Virus record (IMG/VR): IMGVR_UViG_3300033512_000218 | Location: 64,001-128,000 of that record | Direction: 5' to 3' (one strand) | DNA length: 64,000 nucleotides | Origin: a virus | In this document: piece after piece, positions 10,834 through 20,764 of the stretch | Layout: every line of letters begins with the position of its first letter | Numbering within the stretch: the first letter of the stretch is position 1 | Notes under the pieces: model-generated | What the model was told of the DNA's origin: nothing | Databases searched by the model: none | Seen by the model: the letters and a program-made list of their open reading frames with translations, nothing else | Program-made: the position numbers and the translations under genes

Positions 10834-10972
10834 ATTTATTACGCATAACTATTATATATAAACACACATTTAATTTATTGATTATGAATACAAAAGGTAA
10901 ATCAACTCTTGAAATTTTTGAAAATAATTTAAGAGTTAAAAAAATTATAATAAAACTAAAAAATACATAAAT

Positions 10973-12265
10973 ATGAATAACGAAATAAAAGAATTTATAG
11001 TAAAAATGAACTCAAGTAATTCAAATAATGAAAAACTTAGCATTTTAACATCCTATGAAAATAATACATTAATAAAAGATATATTATTCTATACATACAA
11101 TCCATTTATTAATTATCATCTAACAAGTGAAAATTTAATAAAGAATAATAATATTGTGGTTAATACCGATTTAGATTTATTTTCTATATTAAATATTCTA
11201 TCCAAACGACAAAAAACAGGACATGATGCAATTGGTATTGTAAATGGACTTATTAAAAATAATATTGATTATAAAGATATTATTTATAAAATAATTGATA
11301 AAAATTTAGAAATAAGAATAGATATAAAAACAATCAATAAAGTATTTTCTAATCTAATCCCAACGTATGATGTTGCATTAGCAAATAAATTGGATGATAA
11401 GTTAAAAAATAGTATTAATTGGAAAACCGAACATTGGTTAGCAAGTAGAAAATTAGATGGTATTAGATGTGAAATGATAGTAGATGAAAATTATAATGTT
11501 ACTTCATTTAGTAGAGAAGGAAAAGAAATAGAAACATTAACCACATTAAAAAAATATATTTACGATATTTGTATTTCAAATAAAATCAGTAATGTTGTAT
11601 TTGATGGAGAAATATGTATTATAAATGAAAAAGGAGAAGATGATTTTCAAGGTATTATGAAACAAATAAGAAAAAAGAATCATGATATTATAAATGCAAA
11701 ATATTATATATTCGATTTTCTTAATAAAATAGATTTTGAAAATCAAACAAGTAAAGAAACATTTAGTGAACGTTTATTAAAATTAAATAATCTTAATTAT
11801 AATAATGATAAAATAATTGTACTACCTCAATATGATTTTGATATGTATATTGATTATGAAAAATGGAATAAATTAGTAAGTGATAATAATTGGGAAGGAT
11901 TTATGCTTCGTAAAAATACAATATACAAAGGTAAACGAAGTAATGATATTCTTAAAGTTAAAATTTTTTTTGATAATGAATATATTGTTAAAAAAATAGA
12001 AACAGGTAATTTTAGAGTAATAAATAAAGAAACTAAATTAGAAGAAGTTATTGAAACTCTAACAAATGTTATTATAGAACATAAAGGATATGAAGTATCT
12101 GTTGGTAGTGGATTTTCATTGGAACAACGTAAATTATACTATAATAATCCTACTTTACTATTAAATAAAAATATTACTGTTTCATACTTTGAAGAAACAT
12201 TAGACCAAAATAATAAAATATCATTGAGATTTCCAACTTTCAAAGGTATTAGAGAATTAATTTAA
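10973..12265 (+). CDS. ATP-dependent DNA ligase
   Basis: KLDGIR, FDGE, WEGFMLR, KRSNDILKVK, VGSGF, SLRFPTF. Confidence 0.95.
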   Translation: MNNEIKEFIVKMNSSNSNNEKLSILTSYENNTLIKDILFYTYNPFINYHLTSENLIKNNNIVVNTDLDLFSILNILSKRQKTGHDAIGIVNGLIKNNIDYKDIIYKIIDKNLEIRIDIKTINKVFSNLIPTYDVALANKLDDKLKNSINWKTEHWLASRKLDGIRCEMIVDENYNVTSFSREGKEIETLTTLKKYIYDICISNKISNVVFDGEICIINEKGEDDFQGIMKQIRKKNHDIINAKYYIFDFLNKIDFENQTSKETFSERLLKLNNLNYNNDKIIVLPQYDFDMYIDYEKWNKLVSDNNWEGFMLRKNTIYKGKRSNDILKVKIFFDNEYIVKKIETGNFRVINKETKLEEVIETLTNVIIEHKGYEVSVGSGFSLEQRKLYYNNPTLLLNKNITVSYFEETLDQNNKISLRFPTFKGIRELI

Positions 12266-12320
12266 AAATTACTTTATTTAAAATAAAATATTAGTTATGA
12301 TAAATTTAAATATGTAAAAA

Positions 12321-12902
12321 ATGGAAATTTGGACAAAAAAATATAGACCTAAAACAATAAACGATATAATATTAGAAGATAATATTTTATATAAATTAAA
12401 ACAATTTATGGAAAAAACAAATGATTTACCTAATTTATTATTATACGGTGAATCTGGTATTGGTAAAACATTAATTGCAGATATAATAACAACACAATTG
12501 TCTTCTTATTATACAGTTTTAAAATTAAATCATTCCTTTGATATAAACCATACATTTAAAGTTATTAATTTTGACTCTCATTATTATGGTAAACCAAAAA
12601 TATTATTTATTGACGAGTTTAACAAAGCATTAAATAATCAATATTATGATGAAAAAACATTAATATATACTTGTAATCACTTGGATGATTTAGGTGTACA
12701 AAATGTAAGATTTAATGATGATTGGATATTGGAAATAAAAAATCCTAACAAATTAAAAATTAAAACATTGATATGTAAAATTCTTGATTGTGAAAAAATA
12801 ATTTATAATGAATCGGATATAGATATTATTATTAATAAATTTTATCCATCAATTAGTGATATAATAAATAACACACAATTATATTATAATAATTTAAAAT
12901 AA
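12321..12902 (+). CDS. clamp-loader (RFC/gp44-like) AAA+ subunit, shortened
   Basis: WTKKYRPKT, LLLYGESGIGKT, LFIDE; only 193 aa. Confidence 0.75.
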   Translation: MEIWTKKYRPKTINDIILEDNILYKLKQFMEKTNDLPNLLLYGESGIGKTLIADIITTQLSSYYTVLKLNHSFDINHTFKVINFDSHYYGKPKILFIDEFNKALNNQYYDEKTLIYTCNHLDDLGVQNVRFNDDWILEIKNPNKLKIKTLICKILDCEKIIYNESDIDIIINKFYPSISDIINNTQLYYNNLK

Positions 12903-12908
12903 AAACAA

Positions 12909-13261
12909 ATGGAAAATTTAGTAGACTGGAAATTTAATCATATAAAAAAATAGAGGATTGTGATATTACTTTAGAATATGAAGAAGATAAAGACGACTAT
13001 AAACTAAGCCAACGTAGAATATATGTCTGTAAAATTAAAAAATATCTACTTCAATATGGAACAGCAATAAAAGATGGATTTATTTTTGAAAACAATATGA
13101 ATAATAAAAAATTATACATTTCATTAATATACGATTATGAAAAAGTAAATGAAAAATATAAAATATCTTGTTTCATAAAAAGAAATAATTCAAGTGATGA
13201 TATATATTCATTATTAGAGATGGAAGAAATATACAATCATTTAATTCAAATTAAAATATAA
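12909..13261 (+). pseudogene. frameshifted paralog of the 13284 gene
   Basis: Shift in A-run at ~12950; KIKKYLLQYG..LYISL..KRNN..EEIY matches the neighbour. Confidence 0.65.
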
Positions 13262-13283
13262 ATAAATTTAAAATAATAATTAT

Positions 13284-13856
13284 ATGGAAAATATAGTAGG
13301 ATACACTGTTTATTATTTGAAAAAAATAAACGAAACAAATAATATAGAAATAGCATATCAAATAATACCAATAACTTTTAAAGATTCTTTTGAGGAATTT
13401 ATTAAAAATAATAATATTAGTATGCCAACGGAAGATGAATTTAATGATTGGTATATAAATCAAAAAAAGTATTATGTTATAAATAAAATCAAATATTGGT
13501 TACAACAATACGGTAATAGAACCAATGAATCGTTTGTGTTTGATGGCAAAATGAATGATAAAAGATTATATATTTCATTAGAATATAATTATGATGATGA
13601 AGGAGATGAACATGATACGAATTGTATATTAAAAAGAAATAATAAACTAAATGCTGAATATATGGATGATTATACATTAATTGAATTAGAGGAAATATAT
13701 ACTTTTTTAACACAATTAAATATAAAAAATAAATCAAAAAAATATTCAAAAAAATATTCAAAAAAAGATTTGAAACAAGCATATGAAATTGGTTATATAT
13801 CATCACAAACAAATGATTTAACATTCAAAGAATGGTATTTAGAATATAATAAATAA
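13284..13856 (+). CDS. hypothetical protein
   Basis: 190-aa ORF. Confidence 0.75.
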   Translation: MENIVGYTVYYLKKINETNNIEIAYQIIPITFKDSFEEFIKNNNISMPTEDEFNDWYINQKKYYVINKIKYWLQQYGNRTNESFVFDGKMNDKRLYISLEYNYDDEGDEHDTNCILKRNNKLNAEYMDDYTLIELEEIYTFLTQLNIKNKSKKYSKKYSKKDLKQAYEIGYISSQTNDLTFKEWYLEYNK

Positions 13857-13872
13857 TTTAAAAATAAAAAAC

Positions 13873-14091
13873 ATGAATTGGAAATTAAACACAGAATATG
13901 AAAATCCATTATGGAGAAATTATATGGATAATGTAAATGATAATAGATGGTTAAAAAAAGTTGATTTGAAATTACCTTTTATTGTTGAAAGTTTTGCTAC
14001 TTATGATGAAGATGAGTTTTTAGAAAAATTAAAAACAGATGAAGAATTTAACAAGATTTGGGGAACTCCATTTAAATCTGATAATGATTGA
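13873..14091 (+). CDS. hypothetical protein
   Basis: 72-aa ORF. Confidence 0.65.
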   Translation: MNWKLNTEYENPLWRNYMDNVNDNRWLKKVDLKLPFIVESFATYDEDEFLEKLKTDEEFNKIWGTPFKSDND

Positions 14092-14109
14092 TTAATTTAA
14101 TCAAAAATA

Positions 14110-14166
14110 TTTAACATTTATTAACATAAATTAATTTTGATTTAGTTAATAAATGTTTTATCTTTG
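14110..14166 (+). promoter_or_regulatory. box+promoter module copy 4 (second inverted box in spacer)
   Basis: Box 14110; GTTAATAAATGTT at 14145; TATCTTTG 14159-14166. Confidence 0.85.
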
Positions 14167-14190
14167 TAGCATAATTTAAAATTAAATAAA

Positions 14191-14736
14191 ATGAGTGTAG
14201 AATATATAGACAGAGAAAGTCTTTTTGATATTGAAAATTATAAAGTGATTTTTGAAAAGGAAAAACACTACCACAAAATAGTTAAAATAAATGATATTAT
14301 AAGATGGGAAGAACATCCCGGAAAAACAGAATTTATAAAAGAAAAAGGATTAAATCATTGTGTAAACCAAATGATACTACTTGGACTTAATAAAAATTCA
14401 GAAGAATGGAGAGCATTATATCGGAATTTAGGTTATTCATTATCTGGTTATTGGGAAGTTTTTTATTGGGAATGGAATAATCCTATAGCAGAAGAGTATA
14501 ATTATAATGAAAACAGTATTATAAAAAAAGTAGGATACATAAATAATAATATTTATAATTCATCAGTTGTTTATGAAGTTTATGAAGAAAAGGAAACCGC
14601 TAAATTTTATTTTGGTGCTACAAAAGTAAATGAAACAACTGATTATGCTTGTTTTGTTGTTTATGATAGAAAAATATTTAGAGATAAAGAATTTTTATCA
14701 TACGAACAAGCAAAACAATATTATGACTCTATTTAA
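14191..14736 (+). CDS. hypothetical protein
   Basis: 181-aa ORF between two promoter modules. Confidence 0.75.
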   Translation: MSVEYIDRESLFDIENYKVIFEKEKHYHKIVKINDIIRWEEHPGKTEFIKEKGLNHCVNQMILLGLNKNSEEWRALYRNLGYSLSGYWEVFYWEWNNPIAEEYNYNENSIIKKVGYINNNIYNSSVVYEVYEEKETAKFYFGATKVNETTDYACFVVYDRKIFRDKEFLSYEQAKQYYDSI

Positions 14737-14787
14737 CATTTATTAAGATAATATATTTGTATTTTATTAAAAAATATATTATCTTTG
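14732..14787 (+). promoter_or_regulatory. box+promoter module copy 5
   Basis: TTTAACATTTATTAAG; TATCTTTG 14780-14787. Confidence 0.8.
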
Positions 14788-14818
14788 TAATATTATTAAC
14801 AATCAAAAATAAACCATT

Positions 14819-15343
14819 ATGCTTTTATTAATTTTAACCCTTTTATTTAATTATAATATACAAAGTAATAATACAATAAGTAATAAATTTTATATAAAGA
14901 TTGATAGCATTATTATAAATGTCAAAATAAATAAAACAATTGATGTTTTAAAACATTATGAAAAATACGAATCTACTCCTTATTATTCAAATAATTATTG
15001 GTATATTGGATATGGACACATGATATTAAAAGGCGAACATTTTACAACATTAACAGAAAAACAAGCTGATTCATTATTTAAAGTAGATTTTGAAAAACAT
15101 AAAAAACAAATAACTAAGTATCTAAACAAAGATACAAAAATAGAATATGTTTATTTATGTACTATGTTAGCATTTAATATTGGAGTTTATAAAGTTAAAA
15201 ATTATGATATTGTTAAGTATATAAATGAAAATAAAGATGTTGAAATAATAAAAGATAAATATATCCAATATTGTATAAATGAAGGTAATCTTCACAAAGG
15301 ACTATTAGAACGAAGAAAACAAGAATTAAATATTTGGCTATAA
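14819..15343 (+). CDS. GH24 phage lysozyme with N-terminal hydrophobic signal
   Basis: LKHYE..PY..YIGYGH, LAFNIG, GLLERRKQE. Confidence 0.85.
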   Translation: MLLLILTLLFNYNIQSNNTISNKFYIKIDSIIINVKINKTIDVLKHYEKYESTPYYSNNYWYIGYGHMILKGEHFTTLTEKQADSLFKVDFEKHKKQITKYLNKDTKIEYVYLCTMLAFNIGVYKVKNYDIVKYINENKDVEIIKDKYIQYCINEGNLHKGLLERRKQELNIWL

Positions 15344-15443
15344 TTTAGAAAATATATCTAAATAAATATTCAATATAATTATACTCTATCTTTTGCATAA
15401 TAATAAAAAAATTATTTAATTTAAAATATAAATCAAATTAAAC

Positions 15444-15644
15444 ATGAAAACAAACTATTTTTTTATTCAATATATTCAAACAAATGAATATGATGACTTT
15501 AAAAGTCATCAATTAAGAGATATTAAAACAACAATATTAGGTATTAGTGAAGATATAAGTCCATTAAATTATATAATATATCTTGAAAAAGAATTAAAAT
15601 CATATTATAAATACATATCCATTATTAATATAAATAAATTATAA
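15444..15644 (+). CDS. hypothetical protein
   Basis: 66-aa ORF. Confidence 0.55.
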   Translation: MKTNYFFIQYIQTNEYDDFKSHQLRDIKTTILGISEDISPLNYIIYLEKELKSYYKYISIININKL

Positions 15645-15648
15645 TAAA

Positions 15649-17033
15649 ATGAAAATACAAGAACCAAAAAATAAAAACTATTGCTTTACTGTTGTTACAG
15701 TAGGTAAAGATATTCCGTTAGAATGAAGAGATAGAATTGTCCACAAAAACGTTTTTGGTAATTTAGTTATAACTGAAAAAGATAAATATCCTGAAGGAAC
15801 ATTAATGTTATATATTCCAGTAGAAACACAATTATCAGAAGATTATTGTAAATATAATAATTTATATGATAAAAAAGAATATAATATTGATACAAATATA
15901 AAAGGATATATATCATATAATAAAAGAAGAATTAAAGCATTACCTTTAGGAGGATATGAAAGTAATGGATTAATAATGCCAATTGAATCTATCACAAATA
16001 TATTTACTGATTCAGGAAAACTTCCGACAAATTGGAAAAACGAAGGAACTGAATTTGATGAATTAAATGGAGTTGAATTATGTAGAAAATATATTCCTAA
16101 TCAAACTAAAAAACAACATACGACAGATAAAAAAAATACTAAAAAAAGAAAACAAATATTGAAATCAAAATTGTTTGTCAACCAATTTTGATTTCATATT
16201 GATACATCACATTTAGGAAGAAATACTCAAAAATTAAATCCAACTGATTTAATTCAAATTTCAGATAAATGGCATGGAACTTCAGGTATTTCAAATAAAT
16301 GTTTAGTTAAAAGAAATTTAACTTTTATAGAACGTATTCTTATTAAATTAGGATTAAAAATTCAAACTGAACATTATGATAATGTAGGTATATATGCTTC
16401 AAGAAAAGTTATTAAAAATAGCAAATTTACAACTGAAAATGATTATTATAATAATGATATTGATTGGAGAGAAGTAGTACATAAGAATTTATTACCTCTT
16501 ATTTCAAATGGAATGTCTGCTTATTATGAAATTGTTGGATTTTTACCTAATGGAGCACAAATTCAAAAATCATATGATTATGGATATGTGCCTCCTACTG
16601 ATAAAAATTGGATTGAAGGTACACATTACGGAGTTCATATATATCGTTTAACTTATACAAATACAGAAGGTATTGTATATGAATTTTCTGCAAAACAAGT
16701 TCAAGATTATTGTAAAACACATGGATTAAAATCAGTAGTTGAATTATACTATGGATATGCAAATCAATTATTTGATGTTGTAGATGAAAAAGGAGAAAAA
16801 TTATCAGAAACTAATGTAGATGAATGGAAAACTCAATTTATTGAATTTTTAAAGAAAAAATATTGGTATAAACAATGTAAATATTGTAAAAATAAAGTAC
16901 CTAATGAGTAATAGTATTAAGAATTGAAGATAGTGGTTTAACTGTATTTAAACATAAAAACTTTGATTTCTTAAAATATGAAACAAAACAACTTGATACC
17001 GAAACATTAAATATTGAAGATGAAGAAATATAG
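15649..17033 (+). pseudogene. RNA ligase (DRB0094/Rnl2-like with N-terminal OB fold), disrupted
   Basis: SNGLIMP, motif I KWHGTS, YYEIVG, E(G)IVLR, KHKNFDF; TGA at 15724 and 16189, frameshift at ~16908. Confidence 0.85.
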
Positions 17034-17562
17034 TATTATTTATGCTGACCCCCCTTGGAGGTATAAAGACCAAAAGAATAACGACCCAAATATGGGTGGA
17101 ATAACATATCCTACAATGGATTTAGAGGAAATAAAATCATTACCTATTAATGATATATCTGATAAAGATTGTGCGTTATTTCTTTGGGCTACAATGCCAT
17201 TATTACCCGAAGCATTAGAAGTTATCAAATCATGGGGATTTAAATATACAACTTGTGCTTTTACTTGGGTAAAACAAAATCCAAAAGGAGAAGGTATTTA
17301 TTCTGGTTTAGGACATTGGACAAATGGTAATGCTGAATTATGTTTATTTGCTAAAAAAGGAACACCTAAAAGAAATGAAAAAAATGTTAAACAAATAGTG
17401 TTATCACCACGTTCAAGACATTCTGAAAAACCAAATGAAGTTAGAAATAGAATAGTACGTTTAATAGGTGATTTACCTCGTATTGAATTATTTGCAAGAC
17501 AAAAAATAGAAGGATGGGATATTTGGGGGAATGAATTAACAAATGATATAGAAATAAATTAA
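17020..17562 (+). CDS. MT-A70-family adenine methyltransferase
   Basis: IIYADPPW, LFLWAT, WGFKY, HSEKP, RIELFAR, WGNE. Confidence 0.92.
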   Translation: MKKYSIIYADPPWRYKDQKNNDPNMGGITYPTMDLEEIKSLPINDISDKDCALFLWATMPLLPEALEVIKSWGFKYTTCAFTWVKQNPKGEGIYSGLGHWTNGNAELCLFAKKGTPKRNEKNVKQIVLSPRSRHSEKPNEVRNRIVRLIGDLPRIELFARQKIEGWDIWGNELTNDIEIN

Positions 17563-17573
17563 AATTAAATAAA

Positions 17574-17984
17574 ATGGAAAATTTAAAATATTTATTATTG
17601 CAAGAAGATGATATAATATTAAAACCATCGGAGTTAAAATCAATAATTAAAGACTGTTTAATGGAAGGATTTAATTTGTCAAATTGTGGAGAAAATGGTG
17701 AATGTTCAAGTGGTAGAAACTAATATCAAATTTATAATGAATGGTATAATGAAATGTTTGAACCAAATAGAATTAAATTAAATACTATTATAAATAATAA
17801 AATTAGAGAAATAAATGATTTTCATAAATATAAAATCAAAATACAAATTCCAAATGACTTGGAATTAATTAATCTCAATTTAGGGAATTGTAACATATTT
17901 GAATTTGAGAATGATTTATATTATTTTATTGAATCATTGGATTATAATACAGTAACAGAATATTTAAACAAAATAACAAATTAA
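17574..17984 (+). pseudogene. hypothetical protein with in-frame TAA
   Basis: ATG 17574 in frame with the 17754 ORF; single TAA at 17721. Confidence 0.6.
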
Positions 17985-17995
17985 AATTAATAAAA

Positions 17996-18466
17996 ATGAA
18001 AACAATTAAATTAAAAATCCACAGTTCATTCGATTTAATCACCAATTCAAGTACAGTTATTTTTACTTATAGTGATGGTTCATTAACCGCAGTTGAAGAA
18101 TTGGTAAATGAAATGTTAAAAGTATTTAATTCAGATAAAACATTCAATGATATTTTTTATGCTGATGTATTTTTAGAAGACGACTATAATTATTATGAAT
18201 GGATGGATGAAGAAGAATTAGAACAATATGGTTTACCAACAGAAAATACATTGGATTATATAAACGATATTAGACTTAAAGTATTAAAAAAAGAAATTGA
18301 ACAACCTGAATGGATGAAAATATCTGAAAAAAGAGAAAATTATAGTGGATATCCATTGGATACTGTATTAGAATTATTACCTAAAGATGAAAAATATATT
18401 GATTTATCAAATAAATTATTAAATTATCTTTATTCAACTTCACATGAAGCCACCAGAGATGGATAA
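17996..18466 (+). CDS. conserved phage protein (DLITNSST motif)
   Basis: 156 aa. Confidence 0.75.
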   Translation: MKTIKLKIHSSFDLITNSSTVIFTYSDGSLTAVEELVNEMLKVFNSDKTFNDIFYADVFLEDDYNYYEWMDEEELEQYGLPTENTLDYINDIRLKVLKKEIEQPEWMKISEKRENYSGYPLDTVLELLPKDEKYIDLSNKLLNYLYSTSHEATRDG

Positions 18467-18501
18467 TATAAATTATTAATTATTTTAATAAATAAAAAAT
18501 C

Positions 18502-19224
18502 ATGACTATTAGTTTAAAAAATATATTTTTGGTTATGTTATTTAGTATCATTATAATTGGAGTTGCAATTATAACACAAAATAATATTAAAAATAATGAA
18601 GAAAATTCATCTCCTGAAAGTAATCCTATATTTATTATAAATCCTTCAACAGGAAATGGAGATAATGAAGTTATACAAAATATTGATTTATCAAATGAAG
18701 AACATGTAAATGCGGTATTAAATGATAAAAACTTTGAATATGAGTATATAAATAATGAATTATTAAATACTGTATATGGTATTACACCAAACCCACAAGG
18801 ATTTGATATTAAAAATGAAGAAGGAATTAATAAACTTTATTTTCGTTCATTACCACTTATAGTAAAGAAGAATGAACCTATTGTATGGAACAATGCATTA
18901 AATAGAGTAGTAAAATGTTCCTATTTTAAAAAAGATTATCCTAATGAAGTAGTATTTAATATTGACCCATTTGAAGAATTTGTTGCTGGAGTATGGCAAT
19001 CTGTACTCAATACAAATTTAACTGAAAATGATATTGTTTGTATTATACTTATTAAATGGGTTATATTAACAAAAAGTCAATGTACTAAATACACATACTA
19101 TACTGAAAATACTATTGCTGTTTATTCTATTCCTATTTATAAGAAAGAATTAAAACAGGTAATAAATGATAAATATGTCAATAATTTATTAAATCAAAAA
19201 TTAAAATATAATAATTTAAATTAG
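18502..19224 (+). CDS. membrane-anchored hypothetical protein
   Basis: N-terminal TM helix, 240 aa. Confidence 0.75.
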   Translation: MTISLKNIFLVMLFSIIIIGVAIITQNNIKNNEENSSPESNPIFIINPSTGNGDNEVIQNIDLSNEEHVNAVLNDKNFEYEYINNELLNTVYGITPNPQGFDIKNEEGINKLYFRSLPLIVKKNEPIVWNNALNRVVKCSYFKKDYPNEVVFNIDPFEEFVAGVWQSVLNTNLTENDIVCIILIKWVILTKSQCTKYTYYTENTIAVYSIPIYKKELKQVINDKYVNNLLNQKLKYNNLN

Positions 19225-19226
19225 TT

Positions 19227-19829
19227 ATGGAAGGAAGTGCAACATTAAAATTTGGAAAACCAGCAATTTTTATTTTATTAATTGTTTTAGTTGTTTTTTT
19301 TATAATTAAATTTAGTACTACAACAGTAATACAAACAACAAAGGAAATAGATATTACAAGCAATTGGACAATACCATCAACTTGGGTAGGTGTTAATAGT
19401 ACTACAGATTTTCTTTTATATAGAGGAGTACCACAAGGTCATTATAATTATTATCAAGCATTAGAAGGAACTGCAATGCCATTAAATCCAACATATGGGC
19501 ATACAAATCCAACTCTTCATAGAGATGGAAATACAAATAGTAAGTTTACAAGTTGGACAATAAATCTTATGGTAGCATATCATTTTGCAACTAATTTTGA
19601 TGGTGTTGAACCTACAAATGGATTTATATTAGTTACTACATATAGTAATTTAATAAAACAAAAAGCAAAAGTATATTCAACAGAAACATCTACATTTGAA
19701 GGAGATATTTATGGAGAAAATGAATATTTAGTTACAGATATAATTGATGGTTGTATAGTTATTCCTGTATCACATATAAGTAAAATTGATGTTAAATTAA
19801 TCAAAAATATATTACTTAATTTAAAATGA
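19227..19829 (+). CDS. membrane-anchored ADP-ribosyltransferase toxin-like protein (R-S-E class)
   Basis: TM helix, then LYRG, FTSWT, VAYHFA, ENEYLV. Confidence 0.7.
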   Translation: MEGSATLKFGKPAIFILLIVLVVFFIIKFSTTTVIQTTKEIDITSNWTIPSTWVGVNSTTDFLLYRGVPQGHYNYYQALEGTAMPLNPTYGHTNPTLHRDGNTNSKFTSWTINLMVAYHFATNFDGVEPTNGFILVTTYSNLIKQKAKVYSTETSTFEGDIYGENEYLVTDIIDGCIVIPVSHISKIDVKLIKNILLNLK

Positions 19830-20044
19830 AAAAAATAACATTATTTGATTATAATCGTATATATAGAAATGTACGTAAAATATTTATTAGTGAATTAAAC
19901 GAAAATGATATTATTCATATTGATAATTATATATATAATAAAGATTGTATTTATATATTATTAGTTAATGATAATATTAAAGAAATATCAATATCAAATA
20001 ATGTTGTTTTTAATAAGTTAAATAATAATACATATGATAATTAA
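19826..20044 (+). CDS. hypothetical protein
   Basis: 72 aa, overlaps previous stop. Confidence 0.6.
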   Translation: MKKITLFDYNRIYRNVRKIFISELNENDIIHIDNYIYNKDCIYILLVNDNIKEISISNNVVFNKLNNNTYDN

Positions 20045-20366
20045 TACATTAGAACAATTAAATGTAACTAATCAAGGAGTATTTTCAGATTTTAGATTTT
20101 CTTTTTATGCTATATATGAAAGTGATACCCAAATTATTTTGTTACAAGTTTTACGAAATAATGATGGAACATATCAATGGTTTGCAATAGGAAAACCAAT
20201 AGTATTTAAAGAACAATTTAAGTATATTAAACATGCATTAGAATATATGTTAAAAGATGAAAATACTATATATTGTGTATTAGTTGATAATAGTTCTTAT
20301 GCAACTCTTATAGAATTGTTAAACTTTGTTAGTAATATACCTTATTTAAAAGGAATTAAATTATGA
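20034..20366 (+). CDS. hypothetical protein
   Basis: 110 aa. Confidence 0.7.
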   Translation: MIINTLEQLNVTNQGVFSDFRFSFYAIYESDTQIILLQVLRNNDGTYQWFAIGKPIVFKEQFKYIKHALEYMLKDENTIYCVLVDNSSYATLIELLNFVSNIPYLKGIKL

Positions 20367-20689
20367 AATACGCAAAATTATTATTAAATGAATTAAATTG
20401 GGGAAATAATACCATAACTAATAATGACATATTATATTTAAAAGATAATAGTTCATTATATGGAAGTAATAATGTATATATTGATTATGAATTTGTTTAA
20501 CAAAATCCATTGATATTTAAAATAGGAACATTATTCAACATAGGTGATAAAATAAAATATAAAAATCAAGTTACTTCAATTTATCTTACAATTGAATCAA
20601 TTGATTATACTTCTAAGAAATATATGTTATCTAATTGGCAATCCGTTGAATTTGATGATATGAATGATTTTGAATTAATTTTAAATTAA
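20363..20689 (+). pseudogene. hypothetical protein with in-frame TAA
   Basis: 108 codons with a single TAA at 20498. Confidence 0.6.
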
Positions 20690-20692
20690 AAA

Positions 20693-20764
20693 TGCCCATG
20701 TGATGTAATGGTAGCACGAATGATTGTGGTTCATTTAGTCCGAGTTCGAATCTCGTCATGGGTA
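20693..20764 (+). tRNA. tRNA-His(GTG)
   Basis: Acceptor GCCCATG/CATGGGT, D loop TAATGGTA, anticodon stem AATGA/TCATT with loop TTGTGGT, T loop TTCGAAT; followed by CAA rather than CCA. Confidence 0.9.

Larger units (their letters stand above)
9920..10849 (+). mobile_element. integron-like gene cassette array (two cassettes)
   Basis: Cassette 1 bounded by GTTATGCA (9920)/TGCATAAC (10156-10163); cassette 2 by GTTATGCGTA (10292)/TACGCATAAC (10840-10849). Confidence 0.65.
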
